Source: an uncultured Nitrospinaceae bacterium (GTDB lineage Bacteria > Nitrospinota > Nitrospinia > Nitrospinales > VA-1). Taken from it: a DNA stretch of 64,000 nt. The stretch covers positions 54,952 through 118,951 of the forward strand of contig CAZOYP010000001.1 of NCBI GenBank assembly GCA_964584125.1, written 5' to 3'. Made by a program: the position numbers and the translations under genes. A model generated the notes under the pieces. It worked only from the letters and a program-made list of their open reading frames with translations. It did not search any database and was not told the DNA's origin. Shown piece by piece: positions 47,415 through 57,957 of the stretch; the first letter of the stretch is position 1; each line of letters opens with the position of its first letter.

Positions 47415-48122
47415 TTATTTATCAGTCAAAAAATTGTTCAAAGCCTCCTTGGCTGCATTCTGCTCAGCTTCTTTTTTGCTACGACCTTTTCCAGTGCCTC
47501 GCAGCTGACTTTGAACAATAACTTTCACATCAAATTTTTTATCATGACATGGGCCAGACTCTTGTACAATTTTATATGATGGGGTACAAGAAAATCTACT
47601 TTGTGTGTACTCTTGCAAGTCACTCTTAAAATCTGTAGACATGCATGCGTCTCTACAAGAGTCAATTTTTTCAATCAACTGTGGCAAAAATACATTAGCT
47701 GTAGTTTTAAAGTCACTATCGCAGAATATAGCCCCAACGATAGCCTCGTAAGTGTTGGCAAGAATAGATGGTTTTTGTCTACCTCCAGAATAATTTTCAC
47801 CCTTACCAAGCAATAGATAATTTCCTAGATTTATATTTAAAGCCAACCCTGCAAGACAATTCTCGTTAACAGTCGCAGCTCGAATTTTTGATAATGGTCC
47901 TTCAGGCAAGTCTTGATACGTTAGAAACATATAATCGCCTACAATAAGATCAAGAACAGAATCTCCTAAAAACTCAAGTCTCTCATTATTTTTTACAACA
48001 AGAGGGTTTTCATTAGAGTAAGATTTATGGGTAAGGGCTTTATTGAGGAGATCAAGATCCTTAAACTTATAACATAAAGCACCTTGTAGAGGAATCAGTT
48101 CATTAATTCGATCTTCCTGCAT
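47415..48122 (-). CDS. rnc: Ribonuclease III
   Basis: It has the signature ERLEFLGDSVLDL and a C-terminal dsRBD (GRSKKEAEQNAAKEAL). Confidence 0.92.
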   Translation of the reverse strand: MQEDRINELIPLQGALCYKFKDLDLLNKALTHKSYSNENPLVVKNNERLEFLGDSVLDLIVGDYMFLTYQDLPEGPLSKIRAATVNENCLAGLALNINLGNYLLLGKGENYSGGRQKPSILANTYEAIVGAIFCDSDFKTTANVFLPQLIEKIDSCRDACMSTDFKSDLQEYTQSRFSCTPSYKIVQESGPCHDKKFDVKVIVQSQLRGTGKGRSKKEAEQNAAKEALNNFLTDK

Positions 48123-48137
48123 TATTATTTTATAAGT

Positions 48138-49379
48138 TTAATTCGACAGTTTTTTAAACACAAGAACGGCGTTTGTTCCGCCAAAACCAAAAGAATTTGA
48201 AATAGCAGTAGTGATATTTAATTCTCGAGCCTCATTGGGAACATAATCCAAGTCACAATCAGGGTCAGGGTTATTATAATTAATTGTAGGTGGCAAAGTA
48301 CCCCGATTAATTGCAAGCAATGTATAAATAGCTTCTATGCCACCCGCAGCCCCAAGCAAGTGACCAGTCATCGACTTAGTGGAACTAACTGCTACTTTAT
48401 ATGCATGTTCTTTAAAAATAGATTTTATTGATTGTGTCTCTGTAAAATCTGCTCCTGTGGATGTTCCATGCGCATTAATATATTGAACTTCGTCATAATT
48501 AATGTGTGCATTTTTTAATGCCAAACTCATACATCGAGCTGCACCCTCTCCATTTGGTGAGGTAGAAGTTATATGATATGCATCTCCATTTAATGCATAT
48601 CCAACAATCTCACCGTAAACCTTTGCACCACGTCTTTTTGCTGCTTCATATTCTTCTAATATTACGACTCCGCATCCCTCTCCTATAACAAACCCATCTC
48701 TATCTTTATCAAATGGTCGACTAGCACCCCTAGGATCATCATTACGAGTTGATAAAGCTTTAGCAGCATGAAAGCCACCAACACAAAGAGGTGTAATAAC
48801 AGATTCTGTGCCACCGGCAATCATAGCATCAGCATCACCATACTTTATTAAACGTGCTGCATCTCCAATCGAATGGGTTCCCGTAGCGCAAGCCGTTACA
48901 ACGCAAGTATTAGGGCCTTTAGCTCCCGCATGAATAGATACTTGGCCTGAAGCGAGATTGGCAATAACCATGGGTATAAAAAAAGGGGTTATCTTTCGAA
49001 CCCCTTTTTCTTTATATATATTATGATATTTCTCTATGGCTGGTAATCCACCAAGGCCTACTCCTACTTGAACTCCAATTCTATCAGCATTTTTTTCAGT
49101 AACTTCATACCCTGAGTCTTTGAGGGCCTGATCACTTGCAGCGACAGCAAAATGAATAAACCTATCCATTTTTTTTACTTCTTTGTGATGCATGTACTGC
49201 TCGGCATCAAAATCTTTAACTTCACCAGCAAATTTTACAGGGAAAGATCCTGCATCAAATCTTGTAATGGGTCCAATCCCCGATCGTCCGTTAATAATGG
49301 CTGACCAATTCTCTTCAATACCAATCCCGAGTGGAGAAAAAACACCCATTCCTGTGACAACAACTCGCCTACCCATCAA
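48138..49379 (-). CDS. fabF: 3-oxoacyl-ACP synthase II
   Basis: It has the active-site block VVTACATGTHSIGDA, plus HGTST and KSMTGHLLGAAG. Confidence 0.92.
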   Translation of the reverse strand: MMGRRVVVTGMGVFSPLGIGIEENWSAIINGRSGIGPITRFDAGSFPVKFAGEVKDFDAEQYMHHKEVKKMDRFIHFAVAASDQALKDSGYEVTEKNADRIGVQVGVGLGGLPAIEKYHNIYKEKGVRKITPFFIPMVIANLASGQVSIHAGAKGPNTCVVTACATGTHSIGDAARLIKYGDADAMIAGGTESVITPLCVGGFHAAKALSTRNDDPRGASRPFDKDRDGFVIGEGCGVVILEEYEAAKRRGAKVYGEIVGYALNGDAYHITSTSPNGEGAARCMSLALKNAHINYDEVQYINAHGTSTGADFTETQSIKSIFKEHAYKVAVSSTKSMTGHLLGAAGGIEAIYTLLAINRGTLPPTINYNNPDPDCDLDYVPNEARELNITTAISNSFGFGGTNAVLVFKKLSN

Positions 49380-49405
49380 CTCACCCCAGCTTCATCAAAA
49401 ACTAA

Positions 49406-49639
49406 TCAATTAGTGTTGCTGTTGATATAATCAATTGCATCTTGAACTTTAGCAATTTTTTCAGCGTCCTCATCGGAAATCTCAACATCAAACTCCTCTT
49501 CAAGAGCCATGACAAGTTCAACAGTATCAAGAGAATCGGCTCCTAAATCATCGATAAAGGAAGCAGAAGTCGTAACTTGATTTTCATCAACTCCTAATTG
49601 ATCCACAATGATTTCTTTTACTTTTTCTTCAACAGACAT
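49406..49639 (-). CDS. acpP: Acyl carrier protein
   Basis: It has [19 protein letters not shown]. Confidence 0.95.
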   Translation of the reverse strand: MSVEEKVKEIIVDQLGVDENQVTTSASFIDDLGADSLDTVELVMALEEEFDVEISDEDAEKIAKVQDAIDYINSNTN

Positions 49640-49658
49640 AAAATACTCCTAAAGGTTA

Positions 49659-50399
49659 TTACATCAACATCCCGCCATTAACATTCAAAACTTGACCAGT
49701 AATATAACTAGACCGGTCAGAAACAAGAAAAGCGACACTATGTGCTATGTCGTCAGGTAAACCTAAACGTGATAGTGGTATTTGTTCAACCAGTTTATCT
49801 TTTACTTTTTCATCAAGGACACGAGTCATTTCGGTATCAATAAACCCTGGGGCAATTGCATTAACTGTGATGTTTCTGGGGGCTAGCTCTCGAGCCATGG
49901 TTTTTGTCAAACCGATCAAACCAGCCTTTGAAGCAGAATAGTTTGCCTGTCCAACGTTTCCTATAATACCAACAATCGATGCAATATTAACTATAGCTCC
50001 TTGACGCTGCTTCATCATTTGTTTTGCTGCTTGTTGACCACAAATAAAACTACCTTTGAGGTTAACATTGAGAACCCTGTCCCAATCATCTTCCTTCATC
50101 CTAACAAATAATCCATCTTTGGTAATCCCAGCATTATTTACTAAAATATTTATCGACTTAAACTCCTTGACTACTAAGTCGAAAGCTTCCTTGACGTTTT
50201 CTAGATCTGCCACATTCAGTAAAATAGCTGAGGCACTACCCCCTTTGGCTAAAATATCTTCAGCAGAGATCTTGGCATTTTCAAGGTTGATGTCCCCAAA
50301 AACAACGTGCGCTCCTAATTTTGCAAGGTCATCTCCTATTATACGGCCAATACCTTGACCTCCTCCGGTGACAAGCGCAACTTTATCTTTAAGTTCCAT
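49659..50399 (-). CDS. fabG: 3-oxoacyl-ACP reductase
   Basis: It has TGGGQGIGR, NNAG and YSASKAG, in a fab cluster context. Confidence 0.9.
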   Translation of the reverse strand: MELKDKVALVTGGGQGIGRIIGDDLAKLGAHVVFGDINLENAKISAEDILAKGGSASAILLNVADLENVKEAFDLVVKEFKSINILVNNAGITKDGLFVRMKEDDWDRVLNVNLKGSFICGQQAAKQMMKQRQGAIVNIASIVGIIGNVGQANYSASKAGLIGLTKTMARELAPRNITVNAIAPGFIDTEMTRVLDEKVKDKLVEQIPLSRLGLPDDIAHSVAFLVSDRSSYITGQVLNVNGGMLM

Positions 50400-51358
50400 T
50401 AGTTATTCCATAATTTTGACAGATCTTTGCAAGCTTCAATTGTTCTTTTTAAAGAATCTGGATCTTCAACTTGAAAACACCTAATATTCTTATCAAAACG
50501 ACGCATAAGACCAGATAATACTTTTCCTGTGCCAATCTCAATGGCAACATTTATCTCTTGATCCGACAAGTATTGCATGGTCTTAGCCCATTGAACAGGC
50601 GAACAGACTTGCCTAACTAGCGCATCGCATGCAGAAGAACCTTTAATAAGCGGACGAGCTTGTATGTTTGATATAACCGGATACTGATGATCCATGAATT
50701 CGGTTTTTTCCAGTTCTTTTTTAAGATTAATTTCAGCCGGCTTCATCAATGGGCAGTGAAAAGGGGCACTAACTGGCAGTAAAAGTGTTTTTTTAGCTCC
50801 GTCCTTTTTCGCTAACTGCGTGACTTCTTCAACCGCCTTAATGTGTCCAGCAATTACTATTTGTTCATGACTATTAATATTGGCAGGCTGAACTAGACAG
50901 TCTTTCTTTGAAACTCTACTGCATAGTAAGCTAATTTCATCCAGATGCATTCCGATTATAGCAGCCATACCTCCGATACCAACAGGAACGGCTTCCTGCA
51001 TGAAACGCCCTCTCAAATGAACTAACCGAACTGCATCCAAAAATTTAATAGACCCTGCGGCCACATTAGCTGAATACTCACCAAGACTATGACCAGCCGC
51101 GAACTCAGCATTGATACCACTTTCCCTCAACATATTCAAGGCTATTGTACTATGAATCAGTAGGGCTGGCTGTGCATTTTCTGTAAGCATTAATTTATCG
51201 CTAGGACCATTAAAACATAGGTCGGCAATATCAAAACCAAGAACAGCTGCTGCTTTAGCAAATAATTCTCTAGCTTCTAAAGAAGAATTAAAAAATTTCT
51301 TAGCCATACCTACAACTTGCGATCCTTGGCCAGGAAAAAGAAAAGCAATTTTTACCAT
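50399..51358 (-). CDS. fabD: Malonyl-CoA:ACP transacylase
   Basis: It has FPGQGSQ and GHSLGEYSA. A TAATG overlap joins it to fabG. Confidence 0.9.
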   Translation of the reverse strand: MVKIAFLFPGQGSQVVGMAKKFFNSSLEARELFAKAAAVLGFDIADLCFNGPSDKLMLTENAQPALLIHSTIALNMLRESGINAEFAAGHSLGEYSANVAAGSIKFLDAVRLVHLRGRFMQEAVPVGIGGMAAIIGMHLDEISLLCSRVSKKDCLVQPANINSHEQIVIAGHIKAVEEVTQLAKKDGAKKTLLLPVSAPFHCPLMKPAEINLKKELEKTEFMDHQYPVISNIQARPLIKGSSACDALVRQVCSPVQWAKTMQYLSDQEINVAIEIGTGKVLSGLMRRFDKNIRCFQVEDPDSLKRTIEACKDLSKLWNN

Positions 51359-52353
51359 CTAATTAACGCCGCTCCCCATGTTAAACCAGCTCCTGCAACA
51401 ACAAGTAACGTAAGGCATCCTGGTGTTATTAAACCTGCTTCGCGGGCCTCATGCATAGCTATGGGAATTGAAGCAGATGATGTATTACCGTATTTTTCAA
51501 TATTCACAAAAACTTTTTCGGTTGGAATGCCCAACTTTTCAGATACTGCATCAAGAATGCGTCGATTTGCTTGATGGGGCAATACTAAATCGATATCTTC
51601 TACTAAAATTTTATTAAAATCCAAAGCCTCTCTAGAAACTTCTGCCATCCGTTTGACTGCAACCTTGAATGTAGCATTACCAGACATGTGAATAAAATAC
51701 TCTTTATTAGAAATGGCTTCTTGAGAAATTGCTTTTTTCCCAATGCCTCCGGGAACGATAATCAAATCAGATTTTTCACCATCCGAATGAATGTGAGTGG
51801 AAAGCAAACCTCTATGTTCTTGCATTTCATTTTTCTTTAAAACTACAGCTCCTGCACCATCACCAAATAATATACAAGTTGACCTATCAGACCAGTCCAC
51901 AATACGTGAATTGGTTTCACTACCAATTACCAAAACGTTACTAAATCTCCCGCTTTTTATGTACTGCTCTGCTATAGATAATCCAAAAACAAAACCAGAA
52001 CACACAGCCGAAATATCATAGGCGGCAGCATTTTCAGCTCCAAGCCCATCTTGAACAAAGCAGGCTGTAGCTGGGAATAGAATATCGGGAGTTGATGTAC
52101 AAACAATAATGAGGTCTAGCTCACTAGGCAAAATTTTTGCAGACCCAAGAGCCATTTTACCGGCTTGAATAGCAAGTGTTGAGGTTGACTCACCCTCATC
52201 AGCAATTCTCCTTTCATGAATTCCTGTGCGTGTACGGATCCACTCATCGGAAGTATTAAGTGTTTTTTCCAAATCTTCATTAGTAATAACTTTATTTGGA
52301 AGAAATATACCTGTCCCAACAATTTCAGCTCTAATTTTATTATCAGTATTCAT
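51352..52353 (-). CDS. fabH: 3-oxoacyl-ACP synthase III
   Basis: It has DISAVCSGF, PHQAN and GNTSSASIP. Confidence 0.9.
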   Translation of the reverse strand: MNTDNKIRAEIVGTGIFLPNKVITNEDLEKTLNTSDEWIRTRTGIHERRIADEGESTSTLAIQAGKMALGSAKILPSELDLIIVCTSTPDILFPATACFVQDGLGAENAAAYDISAVCSGFVFGLSIAEQYIKSGRFSNVLVIGSETNSRIVDWSDRSTCILFGDGAGAVVLKKNEMQEHRGLLSTHIHSDGEKSDLIIVPGGIGKKAISQEAISNKEYFIHMSGNATFKVAVKRMAEVSREALDFNKILVEDIDLVLPHQANRRILDAVSEKLGIPTEKVFVNIEKYGNTSSASIPIAMHEAREAGLITPGCLTLLVVAGAGLTWGAALIRW

Positions 52354-52365
52354 AAAAAAATAGAA

Positions 52366-53475
52366 TTATTTATCTTTTACAGGAGGGTTAGAATCTTCGG
52401 ATAAACCGCTAATATTTTCATCCTTACCCGGTACAAAAGCTATTTTTTTTATCTGTTTCCAAAAGGGCTCTTTGCTCAGCACAAGGTTTGACTCTATATC
52501 ATCACGAATATGCTCATTCATTTTTTTTTCAACTAATTCTTTTGCTCGAATAATAGCATTCTTAATAGCTTTGGGAGATGAACCGCCATGGGCAATTATA
52601 CAAACCCCATTGACCCCTAAAAGAGGCGCGCCTCCTGTCTCAGAGTGGTCAACCATTTTTTTAAAATTGATAAAATGAGGCTTAATAAAATAGTAACCCA
52701 ACTTAGTAACCCAACTAGCCATAAAAACCTGCTTTAAGTTTTCCCCAATCATCTCTGCTAAGCTCTCACTAATTTTTAATGCAACGTTGCCAGTAAATCC
52801 ATCACATACGATGACATCGGCATTCCCTCGATAAACTTCTTTACCTTCTAGGTTCCCAATAAACTTGATATGGCTATTTTTCAACATCTGAAAGGCTTCA
52901 CGAGTAACATCGTTCCCTTTTGAGTCTTCTTCTCCAATACTCAATAAACCTACATCAGGTGCAACTTTACCATGAATATATTTTGAAAATGAATGCCCCA
53001 TAATGCCAAACTGGAATAATTGACTTGATTTACAGTCAACATTTGCTCCAGCATCGAGCAAGATCGAAAAACCTTTTAACGTAGGCAACTGAATAGCAAT
53101 AGCAGGACGGTCCACTCCCTTTAAAAGACGCAGTGTGAAAGTTGCAAAAGCAAGAACAGCGCCGGTATTTCCAGCACTGACAAAAGCTGAAGCATGACCA
53201 CTCTTAACTAGCTCAAGCCCAACTTTAATCGAAGATTTTTTCTTACTTCTCAAAACTTTTGACGGCGATTCATGCATTTCGACTACATCTTCAGCATGCA
53301 CAATTTCAATAGGAAGTTCAGACCAGCCATCAAATTTAGATAGCTCGGCCTCAATAAGGCCAGATAATCCAATTAAAGTAATCTGCACATTACACTCCTT
53401 AACTGCCATCACAACTCCTTCAATGACAGCTTTAGGAGCAAAATCTCCGCCCATAGCATCAACCACAATCTTCAT
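52366..53475 (-). CDS. plsX: Phosphate acyltransferase PlsX
   Basis: It has KIVVDAMGGDFAP and DGFTGN, and sits between rpmF and fabH. Confidence 0.9.
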   Translation of the reverse strand: MKIVVDAMGGDFAPKAVIEGVVMAVKECNVQITLIGLSGLIEAELSKFDGWSELPIEIVHAEDVVEMHESPSKVLRSKKKSSIKVGLELVKSGHASAFVSAGNTGAVLAFATFTLRLLKGVDRPAIAIQLPTLKGFSILLDAGANVDCKSSQLFQFGIMGHSFSKYIHGKVAPDVGLLSIGEEDSKGNDVTREAFQMLKNSHIKFIGNLEGKEVYRGNADVIVCDGFTGNVALKISESLAEMIGENLKQVFMASWVTKLGYYFIKPHFINFKKMVDHSETGGAPLLGVNGVCIIAHGGSSPKAIKNAIIRAKELVEKKMNEHIRDDIESNLVLSKEPFWKQIKKIAFVPGKDENISGLSEDSNPPVKDK

Positions 53476-53650
53476 GTTAAAATATCACTCCCATCAAGAA
53501 AGGATTACTTCGGATCACAATATAAAGGATTAATAAATTCAGGGAAAGTCGGGTGTATCAGTTTTCTCCTTATGCCCCATACAAAAATAAAAATAGCTAG
53601 CGAGTCATCAGAGCAACTTTACACTTGGTTGGCAGCACTATAAACATTGG

Positions 53651-53833
53651 TTATACAACTTCTATCTCCATTACTTCTTTATCTTTATAATACCCGCAAT
53701 GAGAACATACATGATGCGGCTTACGCATCTCATGGCATTGCGGGCATTCACTCATAGTTGGTTGGCTAAGCTTGTCATGAGATCTACGCTGCCCTTGCCT
53801 AGACTTGGACATTTTTTTCTTAGGAACTGGCAT
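53651..53833 (-). CDS. rpmF: 50S ribosomal protein L32
   Basis: It has MPVPKKKMSKSR and a zinc-ribbon CxxC...CxxC. Confidence 0.92.
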   Translation of the reverse strand: MPVPKKKMSKSRQGQRRSHDKLSQPTMSECPQCHEMRKPHHVCSHCGYYKDKEVMEIEVV

Positions 53834-54373
53834 CTACCCTCCTCCAACAAATTTATTTTTAAAAACTTTTAAAACTTCCAACCTTGGATCTGCAAATGAC
53901 TCATTTATACACTTACAATGGCTATGATTTAGGTTATTTCCGCACTGAGAACAAATGCCTTTGCAGGCTTCCTTACACAAACATACAACTGGAACTGCTA
54001 GTAAAATACCGTCTCTGACAGATTGCGTAAGATCAATTTGTTGATTTTCGTAAACCTCTGTATCGATATCGGAGGCATGCAACTCCACATCTCCTGGTAT
54101 AATACAGCTATGGTTCGACGATACAAAATGAGATTTTAAATTACTATCAATTGGATAAGAAAGCTTATCAAGACACCGAGAACAACTAGAAACCACATTT
54201 GTTATTACATTCCCATTAAGGTAAAAGTCGTCACCTAATCGATTTAGAAAACCGTTAATAGTAATATCAACACTTACACTTAAATCTGCATGATCAATTT
54301 CAAGTTGATCTCTATTCAATACAAAGCTAAAGCTTAATCCTTTTTCACCAATCTTCTCAATATCAAAAATCAT
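53834..54373 (-). CDS. yceD: YceD/DUF177 family protein (large-subunit rRNA accumulation protein)
   Basis: It lies immediately upstream of rpmF and has a C-terminal Cys cluster (CKEACKGICSQCGNNLNHSHCKC). ATG at 54373 (MIFDIEK) is preferred over the hydrophobic ORF-track extension to 54448. Confidence 0.75.
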   Translation of the reverse strand: MIFDIEKIGEKGLSFSFVLNRDQLEIDHADLSVSVDITINGFLNRLGDDFYLNGNVITNVVSSCSRCLDKLSYPIDSNLKSHFVSSNHSCIIPGDVELHASDIDTEVYENQQIDLTQSVRDGILLAVPVVCLCKEACKGICSQCGNNLNHSHCKCINESFADPRLEVLKVFKNKFVGGG

Positions 54374-54525
54374 GATATAGAGCCACAATAATAGATTAAG
54401 AATTAATATAAAAAAAACTATAAAAAATCCAATAAATGGTGGAAACAAAAAGGAAGGATTTAAAGTGATGTTATCTTCATTTGATTAGATCGTCAAGAAA
54501 AATATGGGACTATCCCCCTATTCTA

Positions 54526-55407
54526 TCAAGCTCTTGGATGAAATCGCTCGTGAACATCTCGCATTCTTTCTCCTAGAACATGAGTATATATTTGGGTAGA
54601 GGAGATATTTGAGTGACCCAGCATCATTTGAACTGAACGCAAATCTGCTCCGCGCTCTAAAAGATGAGTTGCAAAAGCATGCCTTAATGCATGTGGAGAA
54701 ATACCAGCTTTTATATTAGCTTTAATAGAATATTTTTTTATAATTTTCCAAAAACTCTGCCTAGTCATAGGATTACCACGCCTAGTTAAAAATAAGCCAT
54801 CTGACATTCCTTTTTTTTGAAATAGTGGACGTGCTTTGACAACATAAACCTCAATAGCGTTTTTGGCTATATCGCCAATAGGGACTATTCTTTCTTTAGA
54901 CCCCTTACCTAGTGACCGAAGATAGCCAACATCTAGGTCTACCGCACTTATTTTCATTGAAACTAATTCTGAAACTCTCAACCCTGTGGCATAAATTAAC
55001 TCAAGCATAGCCAAATCTCTAATACCAGCAAGAGAACTCGTATCAGGAGCATCAAAAAGCGCATCAACTTCTTCTATTGATATGACATTTGGAAGTTTTC
55101 GCCAAGGGCGAGGAGAAGAAATAGTTTCGGTAGGATTATTTAATATTAAATTCTCAATAAACATATATTCATAAAAAGATTTTAACGAAGACAAATGCCT
55201 TGCTACCGAAGATGGTGCCAATCCCTCTTCGTTTCTTAGAAAAACAAGAAAAGTCCTAACATCACCTGCCTTAACGTCCACAAGTTCTTTATTTGATATA
55301 TACTTTGCAAAACGAGTAAGATCACTCCTATAAGCGGCAAGTGTATTTACAGATTGCCGTTTCTCAATTTTTAAAAACTCTGTATACTCCAAAAGGTATT
55401 TATTCAT
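54526..55407 (-). CDS. xerD: Tyrosine recombinase XerD-type
   Basis: It has RDLAMLELIYATGLRVSE, HALRHAFATHLLERGADLRSVQMMLGHSNISSTQIYTHV. ATG at 55407 (MNKYLLEY) is preferred over 55431. Confidence 0.75.
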   Translation of the reverse strand: MNKYLLEYTEFLKIEKRQSVNTLAAYRSDLTRFAKYISNKELVDVKAGDVRTFLVFLRNEEGLAPSSVARHLSSLKSFYEYMFIENLILNNPTETISSPRPWRKLPNVISIEEVDALFDAPDTSSLAGIRDLAMLELIYATGLRVSELVSMKISAVDLDVGYLRSLGKGSKERIVPIGDIAKNAIEVYVVKARPLFQKKGMSDGLFLTRRGNPMTRQSFWKIIKKYSIKANIKAGISPHALRHAFATHLLERGADLRSVQMMLGHSNISSTQIYTHVLGERMRDVHERFHPRA

Positions 55408-55547
55408 AATGTTTATAGCTAATAATAACAATAGCTTATGCTACATTATATGACAATTTATAGCTACAGTATTCTCATTGCCGTTGCTCAATATTTAATG
55501 TAGAATCCGCTCGTTCACATTAATGAAAGCTCTTAAAAACAATAACT

Positions 55548-56537
55548 ATGGAACAAACCACTTTAGTTCAACACCTACATCATCAGCAAAAGTTTTTAGG
55601 GGCAACTGGTGAATTCACTAGCTTAATGAACGAGATCCTTGTTGCTGCAAAGATTATCTCACTTGAAGTCAATAAAGCTGGAATTGGTGGGGAAATACTC
55701 GGTGTGACCGGAAGTGTTAATATCCACGGTGAAGAAGTTCAAAAGTTAGATGAATTCGCAAACTCGACCTTTGTTAATATTATGGGGAAGTCTGGGACAG
55801 TATGCGCTATAACTTCCGAAGAAATGGAAAATCCTGTTTTTATCCCCGAGGACAAAGCTGGAAAGTATATATTTATGATGGACCCACTTGATGGTTCTTC
55901 AAACATTGATGTAAATGTCAGCATAGGAACTATTTTTTCTATATACCGCAAAAAAAGCTCGAAAAGTCATGTAACAAACGATGACCTATTACAAAAGGGA
56001 GCAGACCAAGTCGCGGGTGGTTATATTGTTTACGGTTCTAGCACGATGTTTATATATAGTTCTGGTAGTGGTGTTCACGGATTTACATTAGACCCATCCA
56101 TAGGAGAGTTTTTCTTATCACACCCAGATATGAAAATACCAGCTCAGGGCAATATCTATAGTGTTAACGAAGGAAATGAAATTAATTGGGATATTAAACA
56201 AATAAATTTAATAAATTACTTTAAGAAATTTGATGAATTGACCAAGCGTCCCTATAAGGGAAGGTACATTGGTTCTATGGTATCTGATTTCCATAGAACA
56301 CTTCTAAAAGGGGGAATATTTATGTACCCCAAAGATAGTAAAAACCCTAATGGGAAGTTACGGTTTTCGTTTGAAGCTAGTCCTTTAGCCTTTATTGTCG
56401 AAAATGCGGGTGGCCTAGCTTCTACTGGTACACAACGAATTCTAGATATAGTTCCCAGCGATATTCACCAATGCGTTCCCCTATATATTGGAAGTCGCGA
56501 GGATGTCAAAATAGCTGAATCATTTCTAAAAGATTAG
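55548..56537 (+). CDS. fbp: Fructose-1,6-bisphosphatase class I
   Basis: It has DPLDGSSNIDVNVSIGTIFSIY, VNEGN and GRYIGSMVSDFHR. Confidence 0.92.
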   Translation: MEQTTLVQHLHHQQKFLGATGEFTSLMNEILVAAKIISLEVNKAGIGGEILGVTGSVNIHGEEVQKLDEFANSTFVNIMGKSGTVCAITSEEMENPVFIPEDKAGKYIFMMDPLDGSSNIDVNVSIGTIFSIYRKKSSKSHVTNDDLLQKGADQVAGGYIVYGSSTMFIYSSGSGVHGFTLDPSIGEFFLSHPDMKIPAQGNIYSVNEGNEINWDIKQINLINYFKKFDELTKRPYKGRYIGSMVSDFHRTLLKGGIFMYPKDSKNPNGKLRFSFEASPLAFIVENAGGLASTGTQRILDIVPSDIHQCVPLYIGSREDVKIAESFLKD

Positions 56538-56555
56538 AAATCTAATTCAAATACA

Positions 56556-57824
56556 ATGAAAGTTCAAGCAATTCGTGGCGTCAAAGACATTATGCCAAAA
56601 GAAGTTGAAAAATGGCGTTGGGTTGAAAATAAAGCCAATCAGGTATTCACTCGATATGGCTTCAAGGAAATTCGTCTACCAATTTTTGAAAAGACAAAAC
56701 TATTTTCAAGAGGAATTGGAGAAACCACGGATATTGTTGAGAAAGAAATGTATACATTTGAAGACCGAGGAGGTGAAAAAGTTACACTTCGTCCGGAAGG
56801 AACGGCATCTGTGGTTCGAGCATTCATTGAACACAAAATGTATGCCTCCCAGACAATCCACAAACTTTACTACTTAGGCCCGATGTTTCGATACGAGCGT
56901 CCTCAAGCTGGAAGATTTCGTCAGTTTTATCAAATCGGCGTAGAGGCAATGGGATCTCATAATCCATCTATCGATGCTGAGGTAATGATAATGCTTATGG
57001 ACTTTTTCAACATTCTAAGACTCAACCAATTCGAACTCCAAATCAATAGTCTAGGTTGCGAAAAATGTCTCCCAGAATATAGAGAGTTCCTAAAAAAATC
57101 TATCTCCATTTATTTGCCTGATTTATGTGAAAATTGTAATAAGCGCTATGAAAAAAACCCCTTGAGAGTGCTAGACTGCAAGGTCAAAAAAGATATTGAA
57201 ATTGCGTCTGGGCTTCCAAAAATAACTGAACATATTTGTAATGAATGTGAAAATCACTTTAAACAAGTACAGACCTTTCTTAATGGGGCAAAAGTACCAT
57301 ATAACATCAACTCAAAGCTTGTTCGCGGTCTAGATTACTATACTCATACAGCATTTGAGATCACCTCCGGTAAGTTGGGAGCCCAAAATGCAATTTGTGG
57401 TGGAGGTAGATACAATACGTTAGTGGAAGAGTTTGAAGGCCCATCTACACCATGCTTCGGCTTTGCGCTAGGACTTGAAAGGCTAATTCCCCTTGTTCCA
57501 TTTGATGAGGTAAAAGATATAGATATAAAGCCTGATATTTTTGTTGTTTCATTAGGTGACGAGGCACAATCAATGACCTTTAATCTAATTCATCAATTAC
57601 GCTCAGGAGGCTTATCTGTTGAAAGGGATTACGATGGTGGGAGTATGAAAAGCCAAATGCGAAAGGCCAACAAATCTTCATCACGCTTTGCGCTGATTAT
57701 CGGAGAAAATGAAATCAAGAAAGGAAGTTACCAGTTGAAAAACATGGATAATGGAAAGCAATCTAATATAACCGCAGAGTCATGTGTGGAAGATATCCAA
57801 AATTTAATAAACGACAAATTCTAA
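56556..57824 (+). CDS. hisS: Histidine--tRNA ligase
   Basis: It has the class II motifs MFRYERPQAGRFRQFYQ and GGGRYN, plus an anticodon-binding C-terminus. Confidence 0.92.
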   Translation: MKVQAIRGVKDIMPKEVEKWRWVENKANQVFTRYGFKEIRLPIFEKTKLFSRGIGETTDIVEKEMYTFEDRGGEKVTLRPEGTASVVRAFIEHKMYASQTIHKLYYLGPMFRYERPQAGRFRQFYQIGVEAMGSHNPSIDAEVMIMLMDFFNILRLNQFELQINSLGCEKCLPEYREFLKKSISIYLPDLCENCNKRYEKNPLRVLDCKVKKDIEIASGLPKITEHICNECENHFKQVQTFLNGAKVPYNINSKLVRGLDYYTHTAFEITSGKLGAQNAICGGGRYNTLVEEFEGPSTPCFGFALGLERLIPLVPFDEVKDIDIKPDIFVVSLGDEAQSMTFNLIHQLRSGGLSVERDYDGGSMKSQMRKANKSSSRFALIIGENEIKKGSYQLKNMDNGKQSNITAESCVEDIQNLINDKF

Positions 57825-57957
57825 TTAGCAAGGTAGTTGAAGCTTGTTTTAAAAAATAGATAAACTAGTTATTGTTTTTTAATTATAGAACTATATTTTA
57901 GTCTCAGGTTTCTTAGTTATCGTGATAGACTAATTGCATTGACAGAGGGGGAGTGCA

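Noticed and set aside
54526-55431. Tyrosine recombinase as an integrase marking a mobile element
   Set aside because: Its C-terminal motif matches chromosomal XerD (HALRHAFATHLL..GADLR.VQMMLGHS..S.TQIYTHV). No flanking direct repeats, tRNA target or phage/IS genes are present, and it sits between yceD-rpmF and fbp.
55441-55503. 8-bp inverted repeat CTACATTA ... TAATGTAG in the divergent xerD/fbp spacer
   Set aside because: The arms are short and ~50 bp apart in very AT-rich DNA, which is compatible with chance. There is no supporting conservation or motif.
57939-57944. Perfect TTGACA hexamer 14 nt upstream of the Fur-family start codon as a -35 box
   Set aside because: A matching -10 would fall inside the coding sequence, so the hexamer is more plausibly just part of the hairpin loop noted above.
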